Positions 1-12,777 of a DNA stretch of 64,000 nucleotides are shown in pieces. The notes beneath the pieces are model-generated. The model saw only the letters and a list, made by a program, of their open reading frames with translations, searched no databases and was not told the DNA's origin. The stretch is from Planktothrix sp. GU0601_MAG3 (lineage in GTDB: Bacteria; Cyanobacteriota; Cyanobacteriia; Cyanobacteriales; Microcoleaceae). The stretch's first letter is position 1. The number at the start of each line of letters is the position of its first letter. Where the stretch lies: NCBI GenBank assembly GCA_035193785.1, contig CP136572.1:864001-928000 (forward strand), read 5' to 3'. The position numbers were made by a program, and so were the translations under genes.

Positions 1-3000
1 GGGAATTAATATTAATTCCAATACTATCGTTATCTTGGTTAATAAAATTTAGGGTGTGGGGGGGTAAGGTGGTATATTTGCTATCACTATTGGGGCTAAT
101 ACTGGTAATAATAGAATAAGGTATATCTCCATCTTGAATATTATCATTAACTCCGGTAACGGTAACGAGTTGAGGGGTACTCCAATTATTAGGAGTAAAG
201 GTAATATTGGGAGTTGATAAACTTCCTTCCGTGGTGTCATTATTAGTCAGACTAACGAGAACATCTGATGTGGGTTGGGAGGTTAAAACTAGATTGAAAT
301 TTCCGGTGTCTCCGGCTTCGGATGTTAGGGTGTCGGAGGTAGTTAGGTTAATACCAATACTATCGTTATCTTGGTTAATAAAATTTAGGGTATCGGCGGG
401 TAAATTAATATATTTGCTATCACTATTGGGGTTAATACTGGTAATAATAGAATAAGGGATATTTCCATCTTGAATATTATCATTAACTCCGGTAACGGTA
501 ACGAGTTTGGGGGTACTCCAATTATTAGGAGTAAAGGTAATATTGGGAGTTGATAAACTTCCTTCCGTGGTGTCATTATTAGTCAGACTAACGAGAACAT
601 CTGATGTGGGTTGGGAGGTTAAAACTAGATTGAAATTTCCGGTGTCTCCGGCTTCGGATGTTAGGGTGTCGGAGGTAGTTAGGTTAATACCAATACTATC
701 GTTATCTTGGTTGATTAAGTTTATGGTTTGGGGGGGTAAATCAATATATTTGCTATCACTACTGGGGTTAATACTGGTAATAATAGAATAACTAATATCC
801 CCATCTTGAATATTATCATTAACTCCGGTAACGGTAACGAGTTGAGGGGTACTCCAATTATTAGGAGTAAAGGTAATACTGTCCGTTGATAAACTTCCTT
901 CGAGGGTGTCACTATTATTGAGACTAATTAGAACATCTGATGTGGGTTGAGAATTTAAAGTTATCTCAAAACTCCCCGTGTCTCCGTCTTCGCTGGTGAG
1001 GGTGTCTAGGGAATTAATATTAATACCAATACTATCGTTATCGTGGTTAATAAAATTTAGGGTATCGGCGGGTAAATTAATATATTTGCTATCACTATTG
1101 GGGTTAATACTGGTAATAATAGAATAAGGGATATTTCCATCTTGAATATTATCATCAACTCCGGTAATAGTAACGAGTTGGGGGGTACTCCAATTATTAG
1201 GAGTAAAGGTAATACTGTCCGTTGATAAACTTCCTTCGAGGGTGTCACTATTATTGAGACTAATTAGAACATCTGATGTGGGTTGAGAATTTAAAGTTAT
1301 CTCAAAACTCCCCGTGTCTCCGTCTTCGCTGGTGAGGGTGTCTAGGGAATTAATATTAATACCAATACTATCGTTATCTTGGTTAATAAAATTTAGGGTA
1401 TCGGGGGGTAAGGTGGTATATTGGCTATCGCTACTGGGGTCAATACTGCTAATAATAGAATAAGGTATATCTCCATCTTGAATATTATCATTAACTCCGG
1501 TAACGGTAACGAGTTGAGGGGTACTCCAATTATTAGGAGTAAAGGTAATATTAGGAGTTGATAAACTTCCTTCCGTGGTGTCATTATTAGTCAGACTAAC
1601 GAGAACATCTGATGTGGGTTGGGAGGTTAAAACTAGATTGAAATTGGCGGTGTCTCCGGCTTCGGATGTTAGGGTGTCGGAGGTAGTTAGGTTAATACCA
1701 ATACTATCGTTATCTTGGTTGATTAAGTTTATGGTTTGGGGGGGTAAATCAATATATTTGCTATCACTACTGGGGTTAATACTGGTAATAATAGAATAAC
1801 TAATATCCCCATCTTGAATATTATCATTAACTCCGGTAACGGTAACGAGTTGGGGGGTACTCCAATTATTAGGAGTAAAGGTAATATTAGGAGTGGATAA
1901 ACTTCCTTCAGTGGTGTCATTATTAGTCAGACTAACGAGAACGTCTGAGGTGGGTTGGGAGGTTAAAACTAGATTAAAATTGGCGGTGTCTCCGGCTTCG
2001 GATGTCAGGGTGTCGGAGGTGGTTAGGTTAATACCAATACTATCGTTATCTTGGTTAATGAAATTTATGGTTTGGGGGGGTAAGGTGGTATATTTGCTAT
2101 CACTATTGGGGCTAATACTGGTAATGATAGAATAAGGTATATCTCCATCTTGAATATTATCATTAACTCCGGTAATAGTAACGAGTTGAGGGGTACTCCA
2201 ATTATTAGGAGTAAAGGTAAGGCTGGAAGTGGATAAACTTCCTTCCGTGGTGTCATTATTAGTCAGACTAACGAGAACGTCTGATGTGGGTTGGGAGGTT
2301 AAAACTAGATTGAAATTTCCGGTGTCTCCGGCTTCGGATGTTAGGGTATCGGAGGTAGTTAGGTTAATACCAATACTATCGTTATCTTGGTTAATAAAAT
2401 TTAGGGTGTCGGCGGGTAAATTGATATATTTGCTATCACTACTGGGGCTAATACTGGTAATAATAGAATAAGGTATATCTCCATCTTGAATATTATCATT
2501 AACTCCGGTAACGGTAACGAGTTTGGGGGTACTCCAATTATTAGGAGTAAAGGTAATACTGTCCGTTGATAAACTTCCTTCCGTGGTGTCATTATTAGTC
2601 AGACTAACGAGGACATCTGATGTGGGTTGGGAGGTTAAAACTAGATTGAAATTTCCCGTGTCTCCGTCTTCGCTGGTGAGGGTGTCTAGGGAATTAATAT
2701 TAATTCCAATACTATCGTTATCTTGGTTAATAAAATTTAGGGTGTCGGGGGGGAAATTGATATAGTTGCTATCACTATTGGGGTTAATACTGGTAATAAT
2801 AGAATAAGGTATATCTCCATCTTGAATATTATCATTAACTCCGGTAACGGTAACGAGTTGGGGGGTACTCCAATTATTAGGAGTAAAGGTAATATTAGGA
2901 GTTGATAAACTTCCTTCCGTGGTGTCATTATTAGTCAGACTAACGAGAACATCTGAGGTGGGTTGGGAAGTTAAAACTAGATTGAAATTTCCGGTGTCTC

Positions 3001-3060
3001 CGGCTTCGGATGTTAGGGTGTCGGAGGTGGTTAGGTTAATACCAATACTATCATTATCTA
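1..3060 (-). repeat. Coding tandem repeat, 336-bp unit, about 9 copies
   Basis: Shadow ORFs recur every 336 bp (49, 385, 721 ... 2737); units nearly identical. Confidence 0.95.
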
Positions 3061-4758
3061 TAATATTAACTGGAACTGTGTTTCCCGCTATTCCATCAAC
3101 TGTAAAAGGAAGATTTGGGTTATTATAATTTGGATCTAAACTTGAGCCAGAATGGGTGATAATACTGGTGTGATTTCCTTCAGCGACACTATCATTAATC
3201 CCAATAAAATTAACGGTTTTAGCATTTAATGCGGTATCATCGGGATTGAAGTTTAGGGTAATAGGAACTCCTGCACCTGCACCTAAATCAATTTCAGCAT
3301 TAGAGGGAGTTAAGGTAATAGTAACGGCATCAGTTGGAACAGAAGTTAAAGCAATTGTATTATTATCAATAATAGTTCCATCTTCAGTAACATTGGTACT
3401 ATTTCCAGTTTGAATAATACTTACACCAGGGGGAGCAAAACCCAACTTAGAAATACGGCCCTGATTGGCTAGGTTTGCGCCTGTACCCGGGTCAAAGTCT
3501 GTGGAATCAAAATTTCCCGTCGTGTAGACATTCCCGGCACTGTCTAGGCTGATGTCAGTAGCCGAGTCATCCTTACTCCCCCCTAAACCCTTGGCCCAAA
3601 CTGGGTTGCTGTTGTTATCGAGTTTGACAACGAAGACATCACTACGGCCCTGATTGGGCAGGTTTGCGCCTTTACCCGGGTCAAAGTCTGTGGAATCAAA
3701 ATTTCCCGTCGTGTAGACATTCCCGGCACTGTCTAGGCTGATGTCAGTAGCCGAGTCATCCTTACTCCCCCCTAAACCCTTGGCCCAAACCGGGTTGCTG
3801 TTGTTATCGAGTTTGGCAACGAAGACATCACTACGGCCCTGATTGGGCAGGTTTGCGCCTTTACCCGGGTCAAAGTCTGTGGAATCAAAATTTCCCGTCG
3901 TGTAGACATTCCCGGCGCTGTCTAGGCTGATGTCAGTAGCCGAGTCATCCTTACTCCCCCCTAAACCCTTGGCCCAAACTGGGTTGCTGTTGTTATCGAG
4001 TTTGACAACGAAGACATCACTACGGCCTTGATTGGGCAGGTTTGCGCCTGTATACCCGGGTCAAAGTCTGTGGAATCAAAACTTCCGGTGATGTAGACAT
4101 TCCCGGCACTATCGGCACTGATGCTATTGGTAAAGTCATCCTTACTCCCCCCCAAACTCTTAGCCCAAATGGGGTTGCCGTCGCTATTGAGTTTGACAAC
4201 GAAGATATCACTACGGCCCCGATTGGGCAGGTTTGTGCCTGTACCCGGGTCAAAGTCGATGGAATCAAAACTTCCGGTGATGTAGACATTCCCGGCACTG
4301 TCGGCACTGATGCTATTGGTAAAGTCATCCTTACTCCCCCCCAAACTCTTAGCCCAAATGGGGTTGCCGTCGCTATTGAGTTTGGCAACGAAGACATCAC
4401 TACGGCCCCGATTGGGCAGGTTTTTGCCTGTACCCGGGTCAAAGTCTGTGGAATCAAAACTTCCGGTGATGTAGACATTCCCGGCACTGTCGGCACTGAT
4501 GCTATTGGTAAAGTCATCTTTACTCCCCCCCAAACTCTTAGCCCAAATGGGGTTGCCGTCGCTATTGAGTTTGGCAACGAAGACATCACTACGGCCCCGA
4601 TTGGGCAGGTTTTTGCCTGTACCCGGGTCAAAGTCTGTGGAATCAAAACTTCCGGTGATGTAGACATTCCCGGCACTATCGGCACTGAGGCTATTGGTAA
4701 AGTCATCTTTACTCCCCCCCAAACTCTTAGCCCAAATATAATTATTATTTTCTGGCAT
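1..4758 (-). CDS. Large repetitive surface protein/adhesin: 7 SBBP-like beta-propeller repeats, one divergent Ig/Calx-beta-like domain, then at least 9 Calx-beta-like 112-aa repeats; runs off the window; 2-bp frameshift near 4051
   Basis: Starts MPENNNYIWAKSLGG with 63-aa repeats (DSAGNVYITGSF...DVFVAKL). Hand translation of the continuing frame gives ...TSEAGDTGNFNLVLTSQPTSDV...FTPNNWSTPQLVTVTGVNDNIQDG...QDNDSIG repeats. Repeat spacing is 191 rather than 189 bp across 3971-4162. Confidence 0.85.
3455..4737 (-). repeat. Coding tandem repeat, 189-bp unit, 7 copies (4 type A + 3 type B)
   Basis: WAK codons at about 4729, 4540, 4351, 4162, 3971, 3782, 3593. Confidence 0.93.
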
Positions 4759-5157
4759 GGTTTTTTTCCTACTAATTTATGATAGGGTTCAGGCTGATTT
4801 ACAGGCTTAATTTCAGTGGATTTAATAAAATATTTATATGGATGCAATCACGCTTTTAACTTCTGTTAAAATAGGTGACTACGCTTTGAACTGAAGATAA
4901 TTTCCCTCGAGTTGACTTAATCTCTCAACCCCTTAATATTAGGTGAATAACAGGTAAAAAGCCTATTTTCCTAACGACAAAACAGCCCCATCTATCCAGG
5001 AGAATAATGTAGAGACAGCTAGTAGATACAGATAAGTTTGTTATCAGCAGAGAGATAGTTATAGTGACAATGATAACAGATTTTTTTCGCTGTGTCCTTA
5101 ATTGGTCAAAAGGGCTGGAGCTATTAGCAAAGCAGGACACTGGCAAGACCTAAACCT

Positions 5158-8100
5158 TCACCAAGGACTGCCAATTAAGTTAAAACTTGCCCAATAGTAA
5201 GGATGAACTAAGGATAAATTTTCTGAGTTTTTTAGTTCTGGAGGCAGGGGAATTGATAGATTTTCTTCTGATAAGAATAAATAATCAGATTCAAATTTTG
5301 CTGTCCCTCGTAATAAGCTAATTTGTGCATTTTGTAATGCTTCTGCTTTGGTTGTTGTTCGGGCTAAATAGTAATAAAACTCCGCCATTAATCCCAGGGT
5401 TCCGGCATCACTAATATACCATAAACTCGCTAAAACTGATTTAGTTCCAGAGGCGATCGCTAACCCGGCAAAACCTAATTCTGCTTGATTATCCCCGATG
5501 GCAGTTTCTACAAGCAGATAGGGTTAATAAGTCCGCCGTTGGCTGTTTCCATCCCATTTCAGACATTTGGTTTAAGGTTAATTTGGTATCCCATAACTGA
5601 ATAAAAGAATTGTGGGGACTACCCGGTCGAAAATCGGCATGGGTAGCTAAATGGATAATCGGGAAAGGTTGCGCTTGATATTGTTGTTTAAGGTTTTCTA
5701 AAGTAAACTGTTCATTCAATAAATATTCTCCTTCGGTGCGTTGTTCGGTAATCGTTTTAATTTCAGCAGGAACACTGGGTAAAGCACCTTGTTCCTTAAA
5801 AACAGAAGCCCCCCCAGCTAAAATTTTCTCTTGAGAAATTGAACGATAACGAGTATCTAAGGAGCTAAAACTCGGAATCATACTCAAGCCATATTTTTCA
5901 ATTAAAAATTGCTTGCCATCATGGAGAGCAGCTAAAGGAAGGGATTTAAGTCCCGTATCTAAACTTAACATCAAAATATCAATATTATTTTCTTTTAAGG
6001 TTTCCTCAATGGGTGCAATCATCCATTGATGAAGTTGTTGTGCTGATTGTAAATAACTGGTGGTATTCCGTTTGCGAGGGGATGTAATTTCACTCACAAA
6101 TTCATTGGTTTGGGAAAACAATACCTCTGGAATTGCCTCGGAAACATTTTTGTGAATTACGGTATTTTCTAAAACTACAACTAATTCTAATTTTTCCGGT
6201 CGAGAGTATACATAAATAACAGCCGTTTTTTTACCCGTTTCTCCCTGAATCCTTTTTAATTGGCTTTGAATTTCGGTTACAGTCATTTGGTTAGTGGAAG
6301 CGGGTTTTCCTAAGTAATTAATATATTCTAAATTAACTAATTCTTCAAATTTTACAACAGCCGTTTCCACATCACCCGCATCGAAACTCTGATTAATTTG
6401 CATACGAACATCTTGAATAGAAGCTTCTGCAATACTAGAATTACTAATCGGTGAACTTTCAATGGTGATTTGATTATTTTCATTAATTTTAACTGTTAAT
6501 TTACCCGTATCTCCTGATAATTGATTCTCTATTGTGAGAGCAATTGAAGGATCAATTGTCAATACCTGCTCAGTTTTATTCCTGACTATATCTTGTTTAT
6601 TCACATCAGGTTCTGTTAACAAACTAGGGGTCGGTTGCAAAAGTGTTTCAACTATTTCCCTCTCCCTTTGGACAATTGGTGTGGGAATTAGTGTGGGAAT
6701 TGGGGTCGGAATTAGTGTGGGAATTGGGGGAATTGGGCTCGGAATTGGGCTCGGAATTGGAGTCGGAATTAGTGTGGGAATTGGGCTCGGAATTGGGCTC
6801 GGAATTGGGGTGGGAATTGGAGTCGGAATTAGTGTCGGAATTAGTGTCGGAATTGGGCTCGGAATTGGGCTCGGAATTGGGCTCGGAATTGGGGTGGGAA
6901 TTGGAGTCGGAATTAGTGTGGGAATTGGAGTCGGAATTGGGGTGGGAATTGGGGTGGGAATTGGAGTCGGAATTAGTGTGGGAATTGGAGTCGGAATTGG
7001 GGGAATTGGAGTCGGAATTGGAGTCGGAATTGGGGTGGGAATTGGAGTCGGAAATGGCGACGGAATTGGGGTGGGAATTGGTGTGGGAATTGGTGTAGGA
7101 ATTGGGGTGGGAATTGGTGTGGGAATTGGTGTGGGAATTGGTGTGGGAATTGGTGGAATTGGAGTCGGAAAGGGCGACGGAATTGGGGAAATTGTGGGAA
7201 TGGGTGTAGGTTTCTATTGTGGGAATTGGTGTAGGTTCTATTGTAGGAATGGGTGTAGGTTCTATTGTGGGAATGGGTGTAGGTTCAGGGGGAGGAGTAG
7301 AATTGGTTGTAATAGTAATATTTCCTTGGGTAAAAGTAGCGGGGGGAACAGTTATAATCAAACCCGGTTGTAAGGTTTCTGAACCCGTTGTAATCGCCCC
7401 AGTGGTTCCATTTTGGGTTGCATCTCCAATAATAAAAAGAGTCTCTACACCGCCCCCATGTTGAATTATAATACTGCCATTTCGACTTTGCCCCGCCGAG
7501 GAAATACTGGCATTAATTCCGTTAAAATCGGTGAAGGTTTCTTGAACTCGAAATAAATTTTCTGTGGTGATTTTAATATCCCCGCCATCGGAGGCTAAAA
7601 TCCCTGAAATTAAAATATTGTCAACCCCATTTAATTCAATATTTCCCCCAGAAGTATTAATGGAATCAACGGCAATTTTTCCTGGGGATTTAAAAATCAC
7701 TGGCCCTCCGGCGGTGGTAATATTTCCCACTGAGATATTATTTCCGAGGTTTTGAGTGGAATTAATAAAAAAGGTATCGTTAATTGTTGTATTTTCCTGC
7801 AAATTAGGCGGGTTACTCAAGGTTTGTCCTGAACGAAAGATTAAACTCGGACTACTACTTAAAATACCCGCATCAGCATCACTGGAATTAGATAACGCAA
7901 TATCCTCTTGGGTAATATTAATATCTCCCCCCTGAATTGAACCTTGGGCTTCTATTTTTAAGGAAGCACCTTGATAATCTCCAAAAATCACACTCCCATT
8001 TGAATAAATAATCGGGTCATAGAGACTGACAAAGGTTCCTCCACCTCCCGATAAATTCAAGATTTGAAAATTTCCTCCGGCTGCAAAATGGGCATCTCCC

Positions 8101-9272
8101 GAAATTAACCCATCACTAATTAAGGTTAAATTCCCTCCCGCTTGTAGGGGAATTTTAGGAAAATTTAGGGCTAAAATATCAATATTTTGATTTCCTTGAA
8201 GCGTAAGATTTCCCCCGGAAAATGCTTGAAAGGGGATTTGACCATCTCGAATGGTGACGGTATTATTAGCGAATAGGTTTAGATTTTCGGTGGTGGAAAG
8301 TTGACTTTCAATTAAGGTTAAATTTTGATTAGCATGGAAAAAAGCATTGTCAGCAATTACTGTAGTATTTAATAATACAATATCCCCGGATTGTACGGTT
8401 TTTCCCTGAGTTAAAACCATTTCTCCCGCTTGATTAATACTCAGATTTGTGGCTTCTTTTAATCCCGTTCCGGTTAATAATTGGGGGAGAGATAAAGGCG
8501 CGATCGCTAATTCTTTTTCCTCCCCAGGTGGCATAATTTCTAAACTGAGTAAATAACCCGTTTGACTCATTCTAACTAGGTTTTCCCCGGGTACAGTTTG
8601 GACTAAAATTGTCCCCCCTTGTAGGGAACCTTGATTAATAATAGTTCCAGCTAGTAAGGTTAATTGTTGTTCGGGATTAACTTCTAATTGACCTAAATTA
8701 ATAATAGTTCCGGGTTCAGATGAATGAAAAACAAAGGCATTAGGATTGCCCACAAGCTGATTCCAATTGGCATCTCCCACCGCCGGAAACCAACCCCCAG
8801 AACTTAAACCAATGCCATCGGCGGTTGTTGCCAAAAACGAAGCGGGAACATCTAAACGGGCATGGGAACCAAAAATTATTCCCGCCGGATTCATTAAAAA
8901 TAGATTAGAATTTCCCCCTGTAACTTGAATTAATCCATCAATAAAAGACGGACTTCCCCCATTAATTCGCCCTAAGATATTTTGAATATTGGGGGTAGAA
9001 ATAAAATTAACAATTTGATTTTGGGGAATATTAAACTGTTGAAAACTATGGAATAAATTAGCCCCATCCCCGGAAACTTTTCCTCCGGTAATATTAATTT
9101 GAACTGGAGAATTTCCTGGTACTGTTACGGGTGTAACTAAGGTTCTAGTATTATCATTTGCAGGAATAACCGATTGAGCATCAACAATAAAAGACCCAAT
9201 AACCACGAGCCCGGGAGTTCCAAATAATACAAAAATTAGAGAGGATGGGGATATTTTAATCATGGGAATCAA
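5158..9272 (-). CDS. Filamentous-haemagglutinin N-terminal (TPS) domain + Pro/Thr-rich linker + CHAT (caspase-like) domain protein; frameshifts near 7210 and 5504
   Basis: [18 protein letters not shown] and [13 protein letters not shown] (haemagglutination-activity domain); [14 protein letters not shown] and [15 protein letters not shown] (CHAT). Removing one base at each GTTTC joins the three ORFs. Confidence 0.88.
6675..7290 (-). repeat. 12-bp coding tandem repeat encoding ([12 protein letters not shown])n
   Basis: ggaattggggtg / ggaattggagtc / ggaattgggctc units. Confidence 0.9.
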
Positions 9273-9665
9273 GAAATTGGATTTGATTTTTTATACGCAG
9301 CCCAACCTCCAAAGGCGGAAATATCTGGCCATCGATAGTGTTCGACCAATTCCCGGGGATAGAGCATCGCAGTTAAGACTTCGCCATCTTCTAACTTGAT
9401 ATCCCCTGGATACATATTCGGAGGTTCATTAAACAGTAAATGTTCATACTGGGCGAGGGAGATTTCATACACTTCCCCAGGGATAGAAATTCCGTCTTCT
9501 CCAATTTCATAAATCGCTGGATGCCAACCATTATCTGCCGCGTGTAAACGATATAATGGAAGGGTTTTAGCGGATTTAATTAATTTTGCTTCCCCTAAAT
9601 TTTTATGATCTGGTTGACCCTGGAGGGCTGAAACCACAAATAAAGATGCGTTTAGTATTGGTCAT
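9269..9665 (-). CDS. Gamma-glutamylcyclotransferase-fold protein (allophanate hydrolase C-terminal-like); frameshift near 9630
   Basis: Corrected start MTNTKRIFICGSALQGQPDH; SIPGEVYE, EPP and DISAFGGWAAY motifs. Confidence 0.75.
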
Positions 9666-9829
9666 ATTTTGATTGAACTTAGATGTGAATTTATCGCGGT
9701 TTTTGATCTTTCAAAGTACACTTTATACAGTATTTTAGCCCAGAAATCAGGAAAATTGTAGAGACCAGAAAAAATGGATGTTAAAAGAGATCCAATTTTT
9801 GATTTATTGGTGTAAAGGAGAATCAAATC

Positions 9830-11081
9830 ATGGCTAAGATTGCCCAAATTCGTATTAATAGCGATCGCTTATATCACCGAATTAACACTTTAGCTGAAAT
9901 CGGTCAACAGCCTTCGGGAAGTATTTGTCGCCTCGCCTTTTCCCCGGAAGATCTACAGGCGCGTGCTACCGTAAAACAGTGGATGCTAGAGGCGGGAATG
10001 ACGGTCAGAACCGATGCGGCCGGGAATCTGATCGGTCGCTATCCTGGCAAAAGTCCCACGGCTCCGGCTTTAGCGACGGGTTCCCATATCGACACCGTAC
10101 CCACGGGCGGACGCTATGATGGAGCCTTGGGGGTATTAGCTGGCATAGAAGTAGCACACACCCTAAAAGACCATGATCTGCAACTCCATCATCCCCTAGA
10201 AGTGATAGTATTTACCGATGAAGAAAGTACCATGATTGGTGCTCAGGCGATGGCTGGGACGGTGTTACTTAATACCCCGAATCGTTATCAATCGAAGGCG
10301 GGAGAGTCGATTTCAGGCTGTTTAGCACGGCTGGGAGGCGACTGGGATAACCTAGCAACGGCAGCACGGTCACGGGCAAATCTGGCGGCGTTTGTGGAAA
10401 CTGCACGTTGAACAGGGGGCGATATTAGAACAGAATGGGGCTGCAATTGGTATTGTGCAGGGGGTGGTGGGCATGGAGCGCCTAAAAATTACGATTATGG
10501 GAAAAGCTAACCACGCCGGAACAACGCCGATGGAAATGCGACAGGATGCCTTAGTAGCGGCGGCAGAATTGATTTTAGCCGTGCGAGAAATAGCTTTAAA
10601 AATGCCTTCCCAACCCGTAGCAACCGTGGGATATCTTAATGTTTTACCCAATGCAGTTAATATTATCCCCGGACGGGTAGAACTTTCTATAGATATGCGA
10701 GATTTATCTGATAATTGTTTACAAGAAATGTTAGCACAATTGCAAAATAAAATCATAGTAATCGCTGATTCAACCCATACTCAAATTTCAATAAACCCCT
10801 TACTTAGTGTTAAACCTACCTTAGCGGCTTCTGAAATTCAATCCACCATTGAATCAGTCTGTCAACCTTTAAACTTAAATTATTATTATCTTCCCAGTCG
10901 CGCCGGACATGATGCCTTAGAAATCGGCAGAATTACTAATATGGGGATGATTTTTGTTCCCTCACAAGGAGGCTTTAGTCATTCCGAAGCTGAATATACC
11001 TCCCCCGAACATTGTACCCAAGGAGCTAATGTATTATTCCAAACTTTATGGGCATTAGATCAAAAATACAAAACCGCATAA
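9830..11081 (+). CDS. M20 Zn-dependent amidohydrolase (allantoate amidohydrolase / N-carbamoyl-amino acid hydrolase family); frameshift near 10397
   Basis: GSHIDTVPTGGRYDGALGV, FTDEE, corrected FVELHVEQG, NHAGTTPM, AGHDA. Confidence 0.9.
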
Positions 11082-11097
11082 TTCCCCTAAACCCCAG

Positions 11098-11157
11098 GTA
11101 GAGACGTGCCATGGCGCGTCTCTAAACGATACGGATGCGTAGCAAACACTTAAGGAT
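11098..11157. repeat. GTAG-type REP/SDR palindrome GTAGAGACGTGCCATGGCGCGTCTCT with a flank shared with the copy at 32158-32215
   Basis: Same core at 32188, 35804 and 57295. Confidence 0.85.
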
Positions 11158-11251
11158 TAAATCCTTAAGTATAGACTACTAATCATTAAGCAGATAGGAT
11201 AAAACCCGCCTAAACGGGTTAATTTTATGCTTCTATAAACCGCTAACAAAA

Positions 11252-12704
11252 TTAATCATTATGAGCGTGTTCAAACTCATAAATATAGAATAAACGACTG
11301 AATTTTTTCAAGAAATATCCAGAGGTAGCTAAGGCGATCGCACATCCCAATAATACCCAAAATCCGATAGGAGGCATTGCCATTAACTGATGAACTGTTC
11401 GAGCATCAATGATAACCGCTAACCCAAAACAAAGGATAGCAGCGATATTAGAAAAAACCGTTAATCGATTAATATTTTTCAGAGCATTTTGACAGACTTG
11501 ACAATTTTGGGTGTGCATTGTCCAAACATCAAATAGTTGTTGTTTATTTAAGTCTGCGGGGGGAAGATTTGGATTACAGTTTTCTGACCAAGGAATACCA
11601 CCTCCCGCCCGTTTTTCTAACCATTGACGGAAGGTAATCACCATTTTATCCTGGGGATTTGGTGTAAAAACTTCCTCTAACCAACGTTTATCTTTTCGTT
11701 TAGCTAAAGTTTTTTCCTGGTGGTGTAGAAACACCAAATCTTGGTGCATAAACGACGAAGCCAAGACATGATTTAACCAAGTGGGCATAGACAAGGCAAA
11801 GAATCCTAACCCGGCAGGTTTTTTACCTTGTTTACCTTTAATTAAAACCTGACAGCCAAAGTTACGACACCACCCCGGACGAGTGGGAGTTGCATACAAC
11901 GCCAAGATCATTTTTCCTCCATCTATATTGGTAACAGAAATTCTCTGATGACAGGGAGGTTGAAAATCATGAACCGCCTCTAAAATATTGGGTTTCCGTC
12001 GGTGTAATTGCAAAAGCAAATCCGTCTTGAGTTGATATTTTTCGCTGAGAAATCATGTCATAATATTTGGCATCTGTGTAGCGATTTCCAACAATTCCAT
12101 GATGGGAAACGGGAACATGGGCGGGGTCGGAAACATTCTCCATAAAGAAATCCCAACCGTAGGGAATATCACGAAAACCCCAAGGTAACTTAACAATTTG
12201 ATCAGAATTTTCCTCCAATTCAGGAACTAGACGGGGAGGTCTTAACTGACTCTCCTGTTGCGCTTGGGAACCAGATTCCGCCCAAACCCATAATAAACCC
12301 TGACGTTCTTGGGTGGGATAAACAACGGCGCAGGATTTGGGGTTAGAACAATGTTTGGCCTCCGTTTCCGCATCTTGAGATTGGGGAATGCTAACACAAT
12401 GTCCCTGACTATCAAACCGCCAAGCATGATAGGCGCATAGAAGTGTGCCATCGGACTCGACTCGACCTTCCGATAAGGGGACAAGGCGATGGGGACAAGC
12501 ATCGGCAAAACACCGCCATTGACCTGAACCATCCCGCCATAGGACAATATCTTCACCTAACAATTGCATGGCATGGGGACGGGTGGGGTCAAGAAACTCG
12601 ACCACGGCGACGGGATACCATTGTTTTGTCCATTGAAATTGTTCGGTTTCGGTTTGAGGGCTTTCTGTTAATCTGGGGTTTAGGTCTTGTTGTAGGGATG
12701 TCAT
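11252..12704 (-). CDS. Rieske non-heme oxygenase, pheophorbide a oxygenase/PTC52/Tic55 family; frameshift near 11992
   Basis: CPHRLVPLSEG...CAYHAW Rieske motif, ENVSDPAHVPVSHH mononuclear Fe motif, HTQNCQVC, C-terminal TM helices. Confidence 0.9.
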
Positions 12705-12777
12705 AAATTTTCTGTTGGTTGAACTTTAATAGCCTAACCCCTCTTAATATAAACATTATTCTCGAAAATAAAAACCC

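Noticed and set aside
49..3128. Series of 63-aa minus-strand and 70-90-aa plus-strand small hydrophobic ORFs (possible peptide array)
   Set aside because: Shadow frames of the 336-bp coding repeat; the real frame is the open adhesin frame.
1..4758. Diversity-generating retroelement template/variable repeats
   Set aside because: Repeats are tandem coding domains, differences are not adenine-restricted, and there is no reverse transcriptase in the window.
6534..7464. GIGV-, ELG- or TNSH-repeat proteins
   Set aside because: Antisense or out-of-frame readings of the PIPT linker.
9716..9728. NtcA site between the GGCT-fold and amidohydrolase genes
   Set aside because: Spacing is GTA-N7-TAC, not N8.
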